DNA of 64,000 nt, taken from positions 16,120,001 to 16,184,000 of the forward strand of contig CM106586.1 in assembly GCA_048013815.1 (NCBI GenBank), given 5' to 3'. Each line of letters starts with the position of its first letter. Position 1 is the stretch's first letter. Below are positions 46,871-58,700 of the stretch, in pieces. A program made the translations under genes and the position numbers. Origin of the DNA: Setoptus koraiensis (lineage: Eukaryota > Animalia > Arthropoda). Below the pieces are notes generated by a model. That model was not told the origin of the DNA. It ran no database searches and saw nothing but the letters and a program-made list of their open reading frames with translations.

Positions 46871-47809
46871 TTATTTTGACATGAGATTTTTCAATCTTTG
46901 TGTCGCATTCCTTAAGGGTGGCGACAATTCGCGTCTTCTGAGTATCCCTAGTTGTATAGTGTGCAAAATAGCACCAGATGCTAGAAACAGAGATAAAGCA
47001 CTGGGGGAGATTGCAATTCTAAGAGTTATGCAAACTGTTATTGCTTGTATGGCCATGAAACTCAACTTTTGAATTAGTGGGCGATTAGGGGGCAGACCAA
47101 TTTTATATATCTGGAGAGCCAATAGACTAGAAGCTGCGAACATGAAAGGTAACGCTAAATAAGGGTCAGGCATGGTGAGATCGGTTAGCCACATGAACGA
47201 ATCTTCTCGCAATTGATTGTATTGAAACAATTCAATGATGTCTTTGCCACTGTAGTTGTAGGAAAGGTTCCGTATGGCCGCCGAAGAGAACAACCAATAG
47301 GGTATCTGTACAATGCCCAATATTACTGGTTTTGAAGGGTGCAGATTCAATTTTGTGTAAAGTTGTGATCTCTCTAGATTAAATTCGCTCATCCGTTTTC
47401 TCCTAAATTCTCTCAGAAGGTCTGGTTTTTTGTGAACCCTTTTGATGTCATTCTCAAGCTCTCGACTTTTGCGCAATCCTAATCTTTCAATTTCTGGCTT
47501 CAATACTTTGATCATTTTTTGCCTCAAAGACTCTTGGTAATAAGATAATGGAAGCAAAAACACAATTCTAGTTGCCAGGCTATAAATCAATATGGACGAC
47601 GACCAACTTGTGGAACTGATTTCGTTAATGTAACATAATAGGTCTTGACAGGCTTGACTTGGCCTGCACTGCCTGATAGTTTCGTCAATTTTCGATAGAG
47701 ATTCCAAGGCATCGTTTGTATTATACGATAGTGTCCTATCAAGCTGAGTCCTAGGAATCAGACCAGAATGTTTTCCAACCAAAAATAATCTAATGAAGTT
47801 TGCATTCAT
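46871..47809 (-). CDS. COX18: Cytochrome c oxidase assembly protein COX18 (Oxa1/YidC family), single exon
   Basis: It has SWSSSILIYSLATRIVFLLPL, LYTKLNLHPSK...QIPYWLFSSAAIRNL and WLTDLTMPDPYLALP. Confidence 0.85.
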   Translation of the reverse strand: MNANFIRLFLVGKHSGLIPRTQLDRTLSYNTNDALESLSKIDETIRQCRPSQACQDLLCYINEISSTSWSSSILIYSLATRIVFLLPLSYYQESLRQKMIKVLKPEIERLGLRKSRELENDIKRVHKKPDLLREFRRKRMSEFNLERSQLYTKLNLHPSKPVILGIVQIPYWLFSSAAIRNLSYNYSGKDIIELFQYNQLREDSFMWLTDLTMPDPYLALPFMFAASSLLALQIYKIGLPPNRPLIQKLSFMAIQAITVCITLRIAISPSALSLFLASGAILHTIQLGILRRRELSPPLRNATQRLKNLMSK

Positions 47810-48538
47810 CGTCGAGGTGTGTATAAATCTGTCGAAGAAATAGTCCTTGGTCCGATAATCTTGATGTCACATGTTCAACAACAAAACTTCTTATGCAGAG
47901 CTCAAAGGCGTTCACGCACATCAGATGTTAGCGACTAGCGCTAAACTCGTTGAATCTCATCAGATGTTTTTGAACCGAAAAAAGCAAGCGAAATCCGAAA
48001 CTACATGTAGCATTGCTGATACGTGTTCGAACGATTACGAAAAGCTCATGTCATGCTAGTCACTTGTTGTTTTCCAGTTCCGTATCGAACTATCAGAAAA
48101 CCGGGATCGAACCGTGAATCAAAGAGTTAATGGTATTATGAATGTGGCAAACTTAATAACTTTTTATTAGGACTTATGGATAGACAAAACAATGTCAAAT
48201 CCACTTCATTCAAAACAATCTGTTATACTATTATGCTAGCTGATTCTCACCCGAGAAGCGGGATTCGCAAGAATAATCAACTGAGAATGATCTGTATTCA
48301 ACTGAACACTAACGTTTCTATGATACTATTATATGGTATATTATATGATGTATGGTCTAGATTGTACCTATATACATAAAAAATACTGTATCAAGTATCG
48401 AACTGAAATACCAAAGATATGACTTTTCAAGATAAACTATCTGGCCTTGTCTTGAGAATACACCATCACTGCTATAGGTTAGCTGTTAATGTTTCACAGG
48501 TAACTTATTAACTGAATGGTCATTCTACGTCTCCTTAA

Positions 48539-49393
48539 TTAAATCTCCATGTGAGTGTTTTCCTTGGCTTGCTCCTTTATGAGCCTGAGACTGCTCTCTG
48601 TTATAGAGGACCCTGAATCCAATTGTTTTGCTATATCACAAAACTGTAATAAAATAATACAATTATCAGCATAATGATGAGAGTTCTATGAGAAAAAACA
48701 GTCTTCGAGCATATCTACATTTGCAGTTGTACTTACCTTCACCAATTCGTCTCGGAGGATCATAACGGCTTTCTCTCTATTGCACACAAGATCTTCTAAA
48801 TATTGGTATCGTAATTTCTTTCTAGCTCTGCATTCTCTAGCGCTTTGTCGACTTTTTTCCAATTTTAATTTGACATCGAGCTTCGCTGCTTTTTTAAAAC
48901 TCTTTTTCCTTTTTTTCTGTTGTCCCTCTGAAGGTTGCGTCACAGTAGTCTGAGTGGAATCGTTAGATAGATTGGTCTTGTCCGTTGATGTACAAATAGA
49001 AGACCCATTAGATGGGGTAGAAAGCTGAGGTTCTGAATTGAATTGCATCGGAGTGTGACTTGAAATCACTATTGGATTTGTTATTGAATGGTTGTGGAAG
49101 CTCGAGCATGATGATACAGAAGTGGAATGTGCCTCAGCTGCAGATGAGGCGGTTTCTTCGACTAGTGATCTATTAATTGGGATCACGATGGCTGATGCTG
49201 CCTGTGGAGGTGGAGGCGGTGGTGATTTAAAAACCGTAATATTATTTTCAACAGGTGACCCTTGTTGCTGGTGTGCTGGTTGCTGTGGGACAATTTGTAT
49301 TTGGCCATCATTTAAAAAATTTTCCCTTATTGTTACGAATTTTTGATGATCATCATGTGCATCTATAACAGAACTGGTTGAGATTGGTTCCAT
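48539..49393 (-). CDS. CREBL2: bZIP factor REPTOR-BP / CREBL2
   Basis: Exons are 49393-48737 and 48643-48539. KLEKSRQSARECRARKKLRYQYLEDLV matches the CREBL2/REPTOR-BP basic region. The start codon is uncertain. Confidence 0.9.
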
Positions 49394-49810
49394 ATTGTTG
49401 AGTAAATAGATATTAGAATCGAATTTAACATAAAAATAGAAATGTATATCACGATCTTCTTTCCATATCAATCTAATTAATATCAATAATAAAGGCTCCG
49501 CAGGTTTACGTAACAACAATGATATTTAGAAATGTTGCATTTATTAATCTATTGGAATGGATACAATATATCGATATTCACTCAGAAAGAATGAGGTCAT
49601 TATCGTCTAACTGTTTCTACTAGACAGAATGACCAGGGCTTGCAGGTTTACTTGCAAATGAAAGTTGCACAGACGTCGATGAGTTGTTTCGCTGCGCAAC
49701 CAACACACAACAAGAGTTACCTGACTAGCCAGATATCATGCAACCATAGCTTGACAGTCGTTGGCCTAAGGCTTAAAAGTTACAAAGTACAAAGTGATCA
49801 AGTCAGCGAA

Positions 49811-49842
<32 letters not shown>

Positions 49843-50723
49843 GGGAGAGAGAATTCAAAAATCTCAAAATTAGCTTCTATTACGTATTGTACCATTGTAA
49901 ATTGGTCTTGCCAGAGTGTTTTTTATAAATGTGTTTCTAGTTCTGATTATTATTCAAGTGTGTATACAGTGTCTCAATATTTGTGATACGGTTGACATAG
50001 ACATTACTGGGTTAATTGTTGCTTATGTCTACTTTCCGTTGAGCTCTAACATCCAAACTCGACAAAACTGCGCAGCCTACCATTGTGTGTCTGTCTTATT
50101 TTCAGCAAGAATTGTATTGGTGCGTGTGTCACTTGCTTAGTCTACTAATTGCGCACCTACTGTATACAAGAGATAGGGGAAGAAATGCGCAAGGAATTCA
50201 ACTATAGAATGAGCTTTCATAAATTCTGTGCTGCGCAATGGTGAACTATTTCCAAGACCAGATATTCTGTCATTCATTCTCATTCAGTTTTACTGCACAC
50301 AAATTGAACACAACTACCACTAAAAAGGTCAGACGATGCACAACTTGTATTTCTGTTCTCACTGTCTATATCTGTGCTCATATATGTGTGCCCGAATATA
50401 GAAACACTAAATTTAGTTCATGATTATGGACGAAGGGAGCTTTTGTATTGCAATCTACGATGAACCTCTCTGTTATCCTCCCTGTAGTCGAAAATTTGAA
50501 CTAAGCCTGTAGTTGCATTTTTCAGTGTAGAACATTTCAGTGAATTGTAGCGTTTGAAGCAGCCACCCAATACATGTAGAGACCTTGGTTGGTGGAATTA
50601 TACTCGTTTGCTCGTTACACACTTGTCTACAACAGAACATTGTTATTGTTGCCCATGATCAAGACTAACCTCATTTATTAAAACACTGAACATTTATTTT
50701 GTATATAAATAATATATATTAAG

Positions 50724-53351
50724 ATGACCATCATTCTTTTTCTTATTGATACTAGTTCATCTATGAACCAGCGCGCTTATTTGGGTGCCAGGCCAACATT
50801 ATTAGAAGTAGCTAAGGATGCCGTGGAAAAGTTCCTCAAATCGCGTCAACGTGATCCAGCCAGTAGGGGTGATAGATATATGCTGTTATCATTTGAGGAT
50901 CCTCCAAGCAATATTAAGGCGGGCTGGAAGGAGTCGCACTCTACATTCATGAACGAATTAAAACATTTAAACGCATCTGGTATGACCAACATGGGCTCAG
51001 CCTTGAAGAATGCCTTCGACTTGTTAAATTTAAACCGTATGCAATCAGGTATAGACATGTACGGTCTTGGTAGGTGCCCTTACTATTTAGAGCCTTCTAT
51101 AATAGTTGTTATAACTGATGGCTCTAAACTTAATAATCAATTAGGTGTACAAGACGAACTAATTCTACCAATGCAATCGAATGTACCCGGTAGCGAGTTA
51201 ACTCGCGAACCATTTAGATGGGATCAAAGATTGTTTAGTCTGGTACTTAGGCTCACCGGTGCTCCACCGATGGATAATTCGCCAAATACAGGAATTAATT
51301 CTATGCCACTAGATCACTCACCTATTGGTGCTATGTGCGCTGTTACATCCGGTAGATCTTATTCTATCACATCGCAGAGATCGTTAATACAAAGCATTGA
51401 CGCTCTTGTGCAAAAAGTTCAAAGTGGTGTTGTGATACAATTTGAAAAAATTGGCCCCGATCCGCCGCCCATAGAGGACGCAGATGTTGCCTCTCACAAT
51501 AACAATAATATCCAATCATCAGATCATACCATAACAAATGAGACTGCAATCAATCATCATAACAAGCAGCCACCAACATCGGCTTCCAACAATGTTAATC
51601 CTTCAGCTAGTGGCAATAATGGTGTTACATCCACACTACCGGCTCCGAACGCTTCTACCCTTCACCCTGTCCCACCTCCCGTACCCTCTGTCCCTCCTAT
51701 ATCACTTCATCATGACCAGCAACAGCCAGTACCCCTGTGGCATGTTTGTAGGTCTATGATATATGTCCAACGCTCTGCACAAAAAGGTTTCGCCATCGGA
51801 CATTGGCCCATTCCTGAAGCATTTTGGTGTGATCAAACTCTCAATAATTTACCCCCAAGAACAGCTCATCCAATAGTGAAATTTACTTGTGTTAATACGG
51901 AACCTCACGTCATGGACAGTTTACCGTTTGACAAATACGAACTGGAATTATCACCACTGACACAGTATATTTTATCAAGAAAGCAACCACATGTTGCCTG
52001 GCAAGTCCATATTAGTAATTCAGGAAGAACTAACGAACTAGGTCCACCTTTTGGTTATCTCAAAGCCGCCACAAATATGGCCTGTGTTAATTTATTCGTA
52101 ATGCCTTATAATTATCCAGTTTTATTACCTATATTAGAGGAATTGCTCAAGAAACCGCAACCACAACATCCGTCTCAACATCCCAACAAACAGTTAAGGT
52201 CTGAATGGAGAATAGCATTCGATGAGTATCTCAAAACCATGCCTCCATATTATGCCGGTCCACTTAAACGAGCAATGCAAAGGATGGGTGCTAATGCCAG
52301 TCTGGTGCCTGACAGCATCGAAGCAAATTGTATGAGCTACGCTGTTCATGGACATCTTAAACGTCTAAAGAACATTGCCAAGGCCGAATTTGAAAAATTA
52401 GTTGCATCGGTATCGCAACCAAGGCCCCAAAATATAGATACAGTCAGAGTATTGCAATGTGGTAGCAGCCTAAAAGCTCAAGTAGATAGTACTTCTTATG
52501 TTAACATGAGATGCACAGGTAGACCTTCCTCCTCTTTTTACTATAGATATGCTACTATGAAAAATGAACTTAATGAATTTACAAACTTCACGATGAGAAT
52601 ACGCGATGGAGCCTCGATGTCGAGTAACGAAAACCTTAGATCAATGCAGTCATACCGTAACCCTTATGATATAGACCGGAAAGATCTCATAGATCAGATA
52701 TATTGGATGCGGACCAATTTCATGCAAGCACCCTCAAGAGTGAAATATAGAGATGAAGATCAAATACACTCTCTCCCAGTTGCTCAAATGGGTAACTATC
52801 AGGACTATTTGAAGAAACAGCCAATGCCTCTTAGAGAGTTGGAGTCAACCCCTGTACGTCAGCACATGTTTGGAAATCCTTTTAAAATAGACAAGAAGGG
52901 TATGATGGTGGATGAGGCTGACATTGATCTCGCCAGTGCATCACCCAAGAATAAAAAAGTGAATCCAAATCAACGACGCCGCGGGCCTTTGCCGAAAGAT
53001 TTCATGGTATCAAATTCATACAGCTGGACAAAATCACCTTCTGCCTCACCTAATCCACAAAGAGAAGATCAACAAAACGGTCAAATTGTGGTAATCCAAA
53101 ATGGTTCTGCTTTAGATCTGAACACACCACCTCAACAATTTCTTCGGCCTAACACACAAGATTTGGAACTCAGAAGCGAGATATTCAAACTTATAAGGAA
53201 GCCCGGATTGAATTATGAACCTGTTCTAAAGCAGTTGTCACAGCTGAAGGGTGACAAACGAAAATTCTTGGTCGAGGAAACTATTACTGAAGCAAAGAAA
53301 TTTAAAAAAGCTTCACTAGTCGAAACTCTGATACAACTTATGACTGATTGA
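50724..53351 (+). CDS. INTS6: Integrator complex subunit 6, single exon
   Basis: VWA start IILFLIDTSSSMNQR...RGDRYML, LTREPFRWDQRLF, GHWPIPEAFW, QHMFGNPFK and the INTS6 C-terminal helix. Confidence 0.97.
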   Translation: MTIILFLIDTSSSMNQRAYLGARPTLLEVAKDAVEKFLKSRQRDPASRGDRYMLLSFEDPPSNIKAGWKESHSTFMNELKHLNASGMTNMGSALKNAFDLLNLNRMQSGIDMYGLGRCPYYLEPSIIVVITDGSKLNNQLGVQDELILPMQSNVPGSELTREPFRWDQRLFSLVLRLTGAPPMDNSPNTGINSMPLDHSPIGAMCAVTSGRSYSITSQRSLIQSIDALVQKVQSGVVIQFEKIGPDPPPIEDADVASHNNNNIQSSDHTITNETAINHHNKQPPTSASNNVNPSASGNNGVTSTLPAPNASTLHPVPPPVPSVPPISLHHDQQQPVPLWHVCRSMIYVQRSAQKGFAIGHWPIPEAFWCDQTLNNLPPRTAHPIVKFTCVNTEPHVMDSLPFDKYELELSPLTQYILSRKQPHVAWQVHISNSGRTNELGPPFGYLKAATNMACVNLFVMPYNYPVLLPILEELLKKPQPQHPSQHPNKQLRSEWRIAFDEYLKTMPPYYAGPLKRAMQRMGANASLVPDSIEANCMSYAVHGHLKRLKNIAKAEFEKLVASVSQPRPQNIDTVRVLQCGSSLKAQVDSTSYVNMRCTGRPSSSFYYRYATMKNELNEFTNFTMRIRDGASMSSNENLRSMQSYRNPYDIDRKDLIDQIYWMRTNFMQAPSRVKYRDEDQIHSLPVAQMGNYQDYLKKQPMPLRELESTPVRQHMFGNPFKIDKKGMMVDEADIDLASASPKNKKVNPNQRRRGPLPKDFMVSNSYSWTKSPSASPNPQREDQQNGQIVVIQNGSALDLNTPPQQFLRPNTQDLELRSEIFKLIRKPGLNYEPVLKQLSQLKGDKRKFLVEETITEAKKFKKASLVETLIQLMTD

Positions 53352-53375
53352 GTTTAAATTCTACATAGGTTATCA

Positions 53376-53427
53376 AATAAAACTGAAACCAAATCAGGTT
53401 CACCTGTGCATGTTCATTCTTTTTATT
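53376..53427. terminator. Back-to-back polyadenylation signals of the convergent INTS6 and Gdi genes
   Basis: AATAAA on + at 53376-53381 and TTTATT (AATAAA on -) at 53422-53427, within the 124-bp intergenic gap. Confidence 0.6.
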
Positions 53428-53475
53428 GAACTGAAATAACTTATCCAGTTAATGAGGATGTATATTCTTCTTTCA

Positions 53476-54807
53476 TTACTCTTCTTGATTCAGGTCGGAA
53501 ATAACCTTGCTGAAATCGAAATCCTCTCCTGTTCCTTTCTTATAAATTTGCAAGACGTCCTCGCAAGTTTCTTCAAAGTGGGATGTGGGGTCGAATGATT
53601 GCGATATGAATATCTGGCTTTGATGCCCATCATCTTTTGCTTTGAAAACGTCGCTAACACTGAAGAATTTTTGTTTGATGGTCCCAAGCAATTCTAAAGC
53701 AGGCATAATTTCTCTTTCTGGTTGTGATGTCTCAACAGTGGTACTCACCATGGCGACAAACCATCCTTTAGCAGCTACCTGGTGGGTGTATGAAACTAGT
53801 GATACGTAAATGTCTGACTTGCGTCCCAACTGCTTCTGAGGAATGATGATTTGACATGAAAGCGAATCTTTTGTATTGGGTATTGGATGATTTAGTAGAC
53901 ATATACATCTAATGACTTGGCCAACTTTCTCAACCTTATCGGGAACGTAAGAAGGATCGCAGTATAGCTGCTTACAATAAGCCTTCTCATCGCCACTTCT
54001 AATACCGATTGCCTTGCCCGATTCGTCGTATAAAATTTCATCAACAGACTTATCAAGCATGTAAGTGCCCCCATAAATGGCAGATAGCCTGGCAAATCCT
54101 TGTGGCAACTCCCCTAGACCATATAGTGGATATAGATAGGGGCTCTTACCATAGCGAGCCAGTGATTCGCTGTAAAGCTTGATACGATTAATAAGATCGC
54201 TACATGGCTGATTGAGATATTCCTCATCTCTAAAAAGAGCCAATGCGTGACCAGTAAATTCAGCTGTCTGAGGCTCAAGACCAAACTTTTCGTATAGTTT
54301 TGCTGAAGTCGTAGTGTTCGGATCGATGTCTTTCCATGTTTTTTGATCGTTGAAGTCAAAATTTTGAACAAAGATCAAGAATGAGCGAAAGCGTCTTTTT
54401 TCAAATAGACCCATAAGGCTGGACGCCAGTGCTTCTTTTTCGTCAGCTGGCACCTTTGAAATTTTTCCTCCCTTGTAGACATAGCTGCCCTCTATGACCT
54501 TGAACTCAAGGTACTTGGTGACACCGGTATGAATCAATAGCTTGACCAATTGTCCGTTAGCCATTAAAAATTTGGGAATAAGATCGACGTTCCAATCACG
54601 AGATCTGCCATACGCCTCTAGTGACGAGGTTGGCGTTTCAAACTTGGCGAATAGATCCTCTAATGGTGTAATGGAGGCCGATTCTGCCCCGTAATATTTG
54701 TTCCTGTCAACATGTAATACTTTTTTGCCACTAACTGACAGCATGCCAGAGAGAATACACTCTTTTAGGCCGGTTCCAAGAACAATAGCGTCATAGTGTT
54801 CCTCCAT
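53476..54807 (-). CDS. Gdi: Rab GDP dissociation inhibitor, single exon
   Basis: [37 protein letters not shown] and [30 protein letters not shown]. Confidence 0.98.
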   Translation of the reverse strand: MEEHYDAIVLGTGLKECILSGMLSVSGKKVLHVDRNKYYGAESASITPLEDLFAKFETPTSSLEAYGRSRDWNVDLIPKFLMANGQLVKLLIHTGVTKYLEFKVIEGSYVYKGGKISKVPADEKEALASSLMGLFEKRRFRSFLIFVQNFDFNDQKTWKDIDPNTTTSAKLYEKFGLEPQTAEFTGHALALFRDEEYLNQPCSDLINRIKLYSESLARYGKSPYLYPLYGLGELPQGFARLSAIYGGTYMLDKSVDEILYDESGKAIGIRSGDEKAYCKQLYCDPSYVPDKVEKVGQVIRCICLLNHPIPNTKDSLSCQIIIPQKQLGRKSDIYVSLVSYTHQVAAKGWFVAMVSTTVETSQPEREIMPALELLGTIKQKFFSVSDVFKAKDDGHQSQIFISQSFDPTSHFEETCEDVLQIYKKGTGEDFDFSKVISDLNQEE

Positions 54808-54899
54808 GATAGTTGAAATAGATGAATTGGTATGGGGTTAGCAGCAATAGAATTGTATTAGATGAACGACGATGACAATCTAATGATATCTAATATCTA

Positions 54900-55241
54900 A
54901 TGATGATGATGATGCTGTTGTTGCTGTGTCCTATCGGCCTGGAAGTGGATACAAATAAATAGAAGATTACGCAATAACTACTGCTACTACTACGGTGTGT
55001 GATTGGGTGTGCAATGGACACAGGACAATATCGGTGATAATATTATATAATGATATAATGTTGATAGTGTTATTATTATTAATACAAGTACCAAGAGTGA
55101 CGGTTTACTTCCTTCGGTTTGAGAAAAGTAGGAGTATCAAATAATAATGCCACAATATTATTAGTGGTGCTGCTATCGCTAGTTTATAGAACAGCCGCCG
55201 CAACGAGCGAGCAAGGGGGCAACCATACAAATTGAAAGAAA

Positions 55242-55280
<39 letters not shown>

Positions 55281-55670
55281 GGCTGTTACAGTGGTAGTGG
55301 ACAGACGCACACACAGTGTGAGTTGCACCAAGTCACACACGCACACAATTGGCAGGATGAGTAATTGGTTGTCCTGCCGCCGCTGACACTGAAATGAACT
55401 AGATCGGCAGGAAGCAGTTGCAGTGCACTCTAGTGGAGCACACCAGAGCAGTGGCGTAACTGCCGCCGCTGAGGCTGCATGAGTTTGAGTGTGTGTGTGT
55501 GCGTGTGCGTTTGTCGCACACAACAGCCATAGATTGGTAAAAATAGTAGCACACAATTGGATGACGTTTAACCACTGCGAGCCGTCCCTGTTGCACCAGC
55601 GACTTGGCTTGTTTCGGCCGCACGCCTCAGCTCGAGAGTGTCGCACATTCTTTTGGTAACGCCAGTACAA

Positions 55671-55702
<32 letters not shown>

Positions 55703-58700
55703 CACAACAGGCGGCAGTATCGCACGCACGGGGGCGCACACAAATTATCTGGGGGCGGCACGCAAAAGCGGCGATCAGCTGTGGCAGCTCGATCGCCGCA
55801 ATGTATTGCGTAATATCAACAATATTAGCGTTCACAATTGTCAGTATGATTTTGTCACGAATCAGTAGAAAATAAGCAAAAAGAAAAAAGAAAAGCACGC
55901 TTCTGTTTTGTCGTGCAGCGATGTAAAATATTCAACAATATGCTGACAATATGTGTGCCTCCATATATTGCAGCTCGGCGGATCGCACGAGCTGTGATAC
56001 GTACAGAGGGCGCACAAGCCATATTGCACATCTGTAACATCTGTACACTTCACAATTCAAACAATTGTCGCAATTACGCGTGTTACGGTTGGCGAGCTCA
56101 CGCCGGCGAGCTCAAGCCGGCAAGCTCAAGCCGGCAAGCTCAAGCTGGCAAGCTCAAGCGCTCACCTATCGAGTGACGGCCGAGGGAGGGCGCAAGTTGC
56201 TTCGCGCGATGCGCCGCCAAACTAGCCGGCCTGTCTGTCTGCCTGTCTGCCACCTAGCTGACAGGCTGCTAGTTAAACGTCAATGGTGTGACAACAATAA
56301 ATTAACATGTAGTCCAAGTGGGCAAAAACAGTGGCAACTATAACTGTTTGCACAATTATACCAGTTACAAGATACACATTACATACATAACACGACAGCC
56401 AATACAATGGCCGAATATGAGCCACAGACATATGACACTTGAGGGCGGCCAGCTAACACTAATGAAACAAGCGAACAGAGCGCCTCTTTGTTGTTAGTCT
56501 GTTGCACCGGCTCAAGAGGCTCGCCAGAGCTCTCCCTTTTGGTCTAGCAGCTATGCTAATGGTCTGCTGTTGGTCTTGTGCCCTGTATATTCATATCTGG
56601 TGCGTATCGTATTAGTGAGCGCCGCTAACGTATTTATAAGCTCGGCGGGGCTTCGCTTGGGGGCTGCCACAAGACACACAGCACACAAGCGAGTGGCCAC
56701 GATATAAATGATGGACGAGCAATGCTATATATTGACAGGCTATCAGCTCACACGACGGCAATGATGATGATGATGATGATGATGCAATCAGATGATCATA
56801 ATCAGATGACCAAAGATAATTTCTGGTTGTGTGCTCTATGTCTAATAGAATAGATTGCACAAGCTTAGAGATTCATCATCCATCTTGTGCTATCGCGGCT
56901 GTCTTGATTAGGTTGAGTTGGTAGATATTCTTCCGCATCAATCGATTCATTTTCTACTCTATGCACTTTACTAGCGATAGCAATAGTGTTGTTGCTTACA
57001 GCTCAACTTGCCGCGAGCTCGTGTTTGTCAAGACACAAACAACGCCCAACCATCCAGTGGCCAAGATGATGGGTTTGTGCACTGGACATATATAAACGAT
57101 ATAAGCCAAGCTAGCCTTATCACAAGTTGTTTAAGAGGAACAACAAATAAGACTATGCAGAATTGATTAGAGAAGGCGAAAAAGTCAATCTAGGCCACAC
57201 ATGTGATGCTTGTCCACGCTGTCGCACTCAGGCGACAATTTGGCCCAACTGGCCATTCAACTAGATCGTGGCCACACCACTACCGGACATAGACACAGCA
57301 TGCTTATATCTAGTTTTGTCTAGTCTTGCCTGGTATTGTCTAGTTTCGCCTAGTCTAGTCTAGTCGGCTTTGCATTGCGCTTGACGATAAGCGTCTATCG
57401 ACGCTTCAATGAGCAACTGTTTCGTTGTGCGGACATGCCGACCAACATGGAAGGCAGAGGCTTGGGCAACCAAGTGGGGACCAAATTCAACAAGACCTCT
57501 CTAATAATCGTATAATCTTTTGAGCGTGCGATGCGATTTCACTTCGAACAAGCTTGAGCTGCATCAAATCTTTGAAACTTTTTACTGTGGCATCGCTAAC
57601 ACTGTTGGCTAGTGCTGGTAAGTGACTGAAGAAGCAAAATAGCTGCCCATGTATCATAATGGTGATGAATTGTTCTCAACAAAACAAACTTACCGCTAGT
57701 TATATGTCAAAACGTTAAGTGCCCAAACCGGTGCATAACGTATTGGCATCATCACCATCATGCTCTTAAGCTCGACAAATTATGTACGAGTCATATAAGC
57801 ATGTAGCTCACAGATCACATGAGGTCTGGCAGATATTTTAATGATGGTAACTTGCGATTGATATAATCACTCACTGTGCACGCTGACAAAATCTGTTTAT
57901 CAGTGATGCTGGTTGTATTCTGGTTATCTGTTGGTGTGTGGGTGTTGAATATGTGTTATAAAGGCGCAACACTAGGTTATTATCGACAACTAGACAGACA
58001 GACAGACAGACAGAGGGAGAGTTTAGAGATAACAAGTTTCATTTGCACTCAATCACTCATTGGTTGTCTCGGTTATTCACGATCTGCCGATGCAATACCA
58101 ATAACAAATAGCGCGATACATTATTCTCTCGGCAAGACAAACAGCAGTCGTAACAAGTCGCTTTTCGCCAGAGCGAAGAAGCTTGTTGTTTGAATTGAGC
58201 TAACAAGACACTCAAAATACTGCTCATCTATGTTGCTGTTGTTGTTGTTGTCAGGGCCTTCGCATGGCTCTATCATGTAGTTCCCTCACTCACAAATACA
58301 CACACACACACACACACATTACCTAATGCGTCTATCGTTTTTTCTATAGAGTAAACTAGAGCGAAGCAATTACTCGACACTGAGAAGGGTTATATCGGAT
58401 ATCAATTTGTCTCATGAGCCACACACACACAAGTACACAAGCACATATAGACTCAAGTAGGCGCAAAAACGTCAATGATAGTCGTAGCGCCAACTCCGGT
58501 CCGCTAGTCTTTTTGTTGTTGTGTCTGGGCGGATGGCAGAGTCCTCTGTTTGGCTGCCTCACTGGCATATATATATATATATATATATACATATATAAGC
58601 TTATAATTTATAGTATACCAGTGTTACCCAAAGATGGAGAGACAGAGACAGAACGGTGCATAATAAATGCTCTAGTATTGTGCTCACTGACACTCGGGTT

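Noticed and set aside
47871-48059. 62-aa + strand ORF and a short TGATGA...CTGA (C/D-like) segment on the minus strand
   Set aside because: No homology recognised. The C-D spacing (about 32 nt) is too short for a snoRNA, and the region is probably the COX18 5' flank.
48103-48113. Pol III B-box-like GGTTCGATCCC on the minus strand
   Set aside because: The T-stem does not pair beyond 3 bp and no cloverleaf or A-box is present, so it is not a tRNA.
57487-57657. 56-aa minus ORF with a weak globin E-helix resemblance (SFKDL...SHAQKII)
   Set aside because: It lacks the CD1 Phe and any F-helix His exon, and is too short to support.
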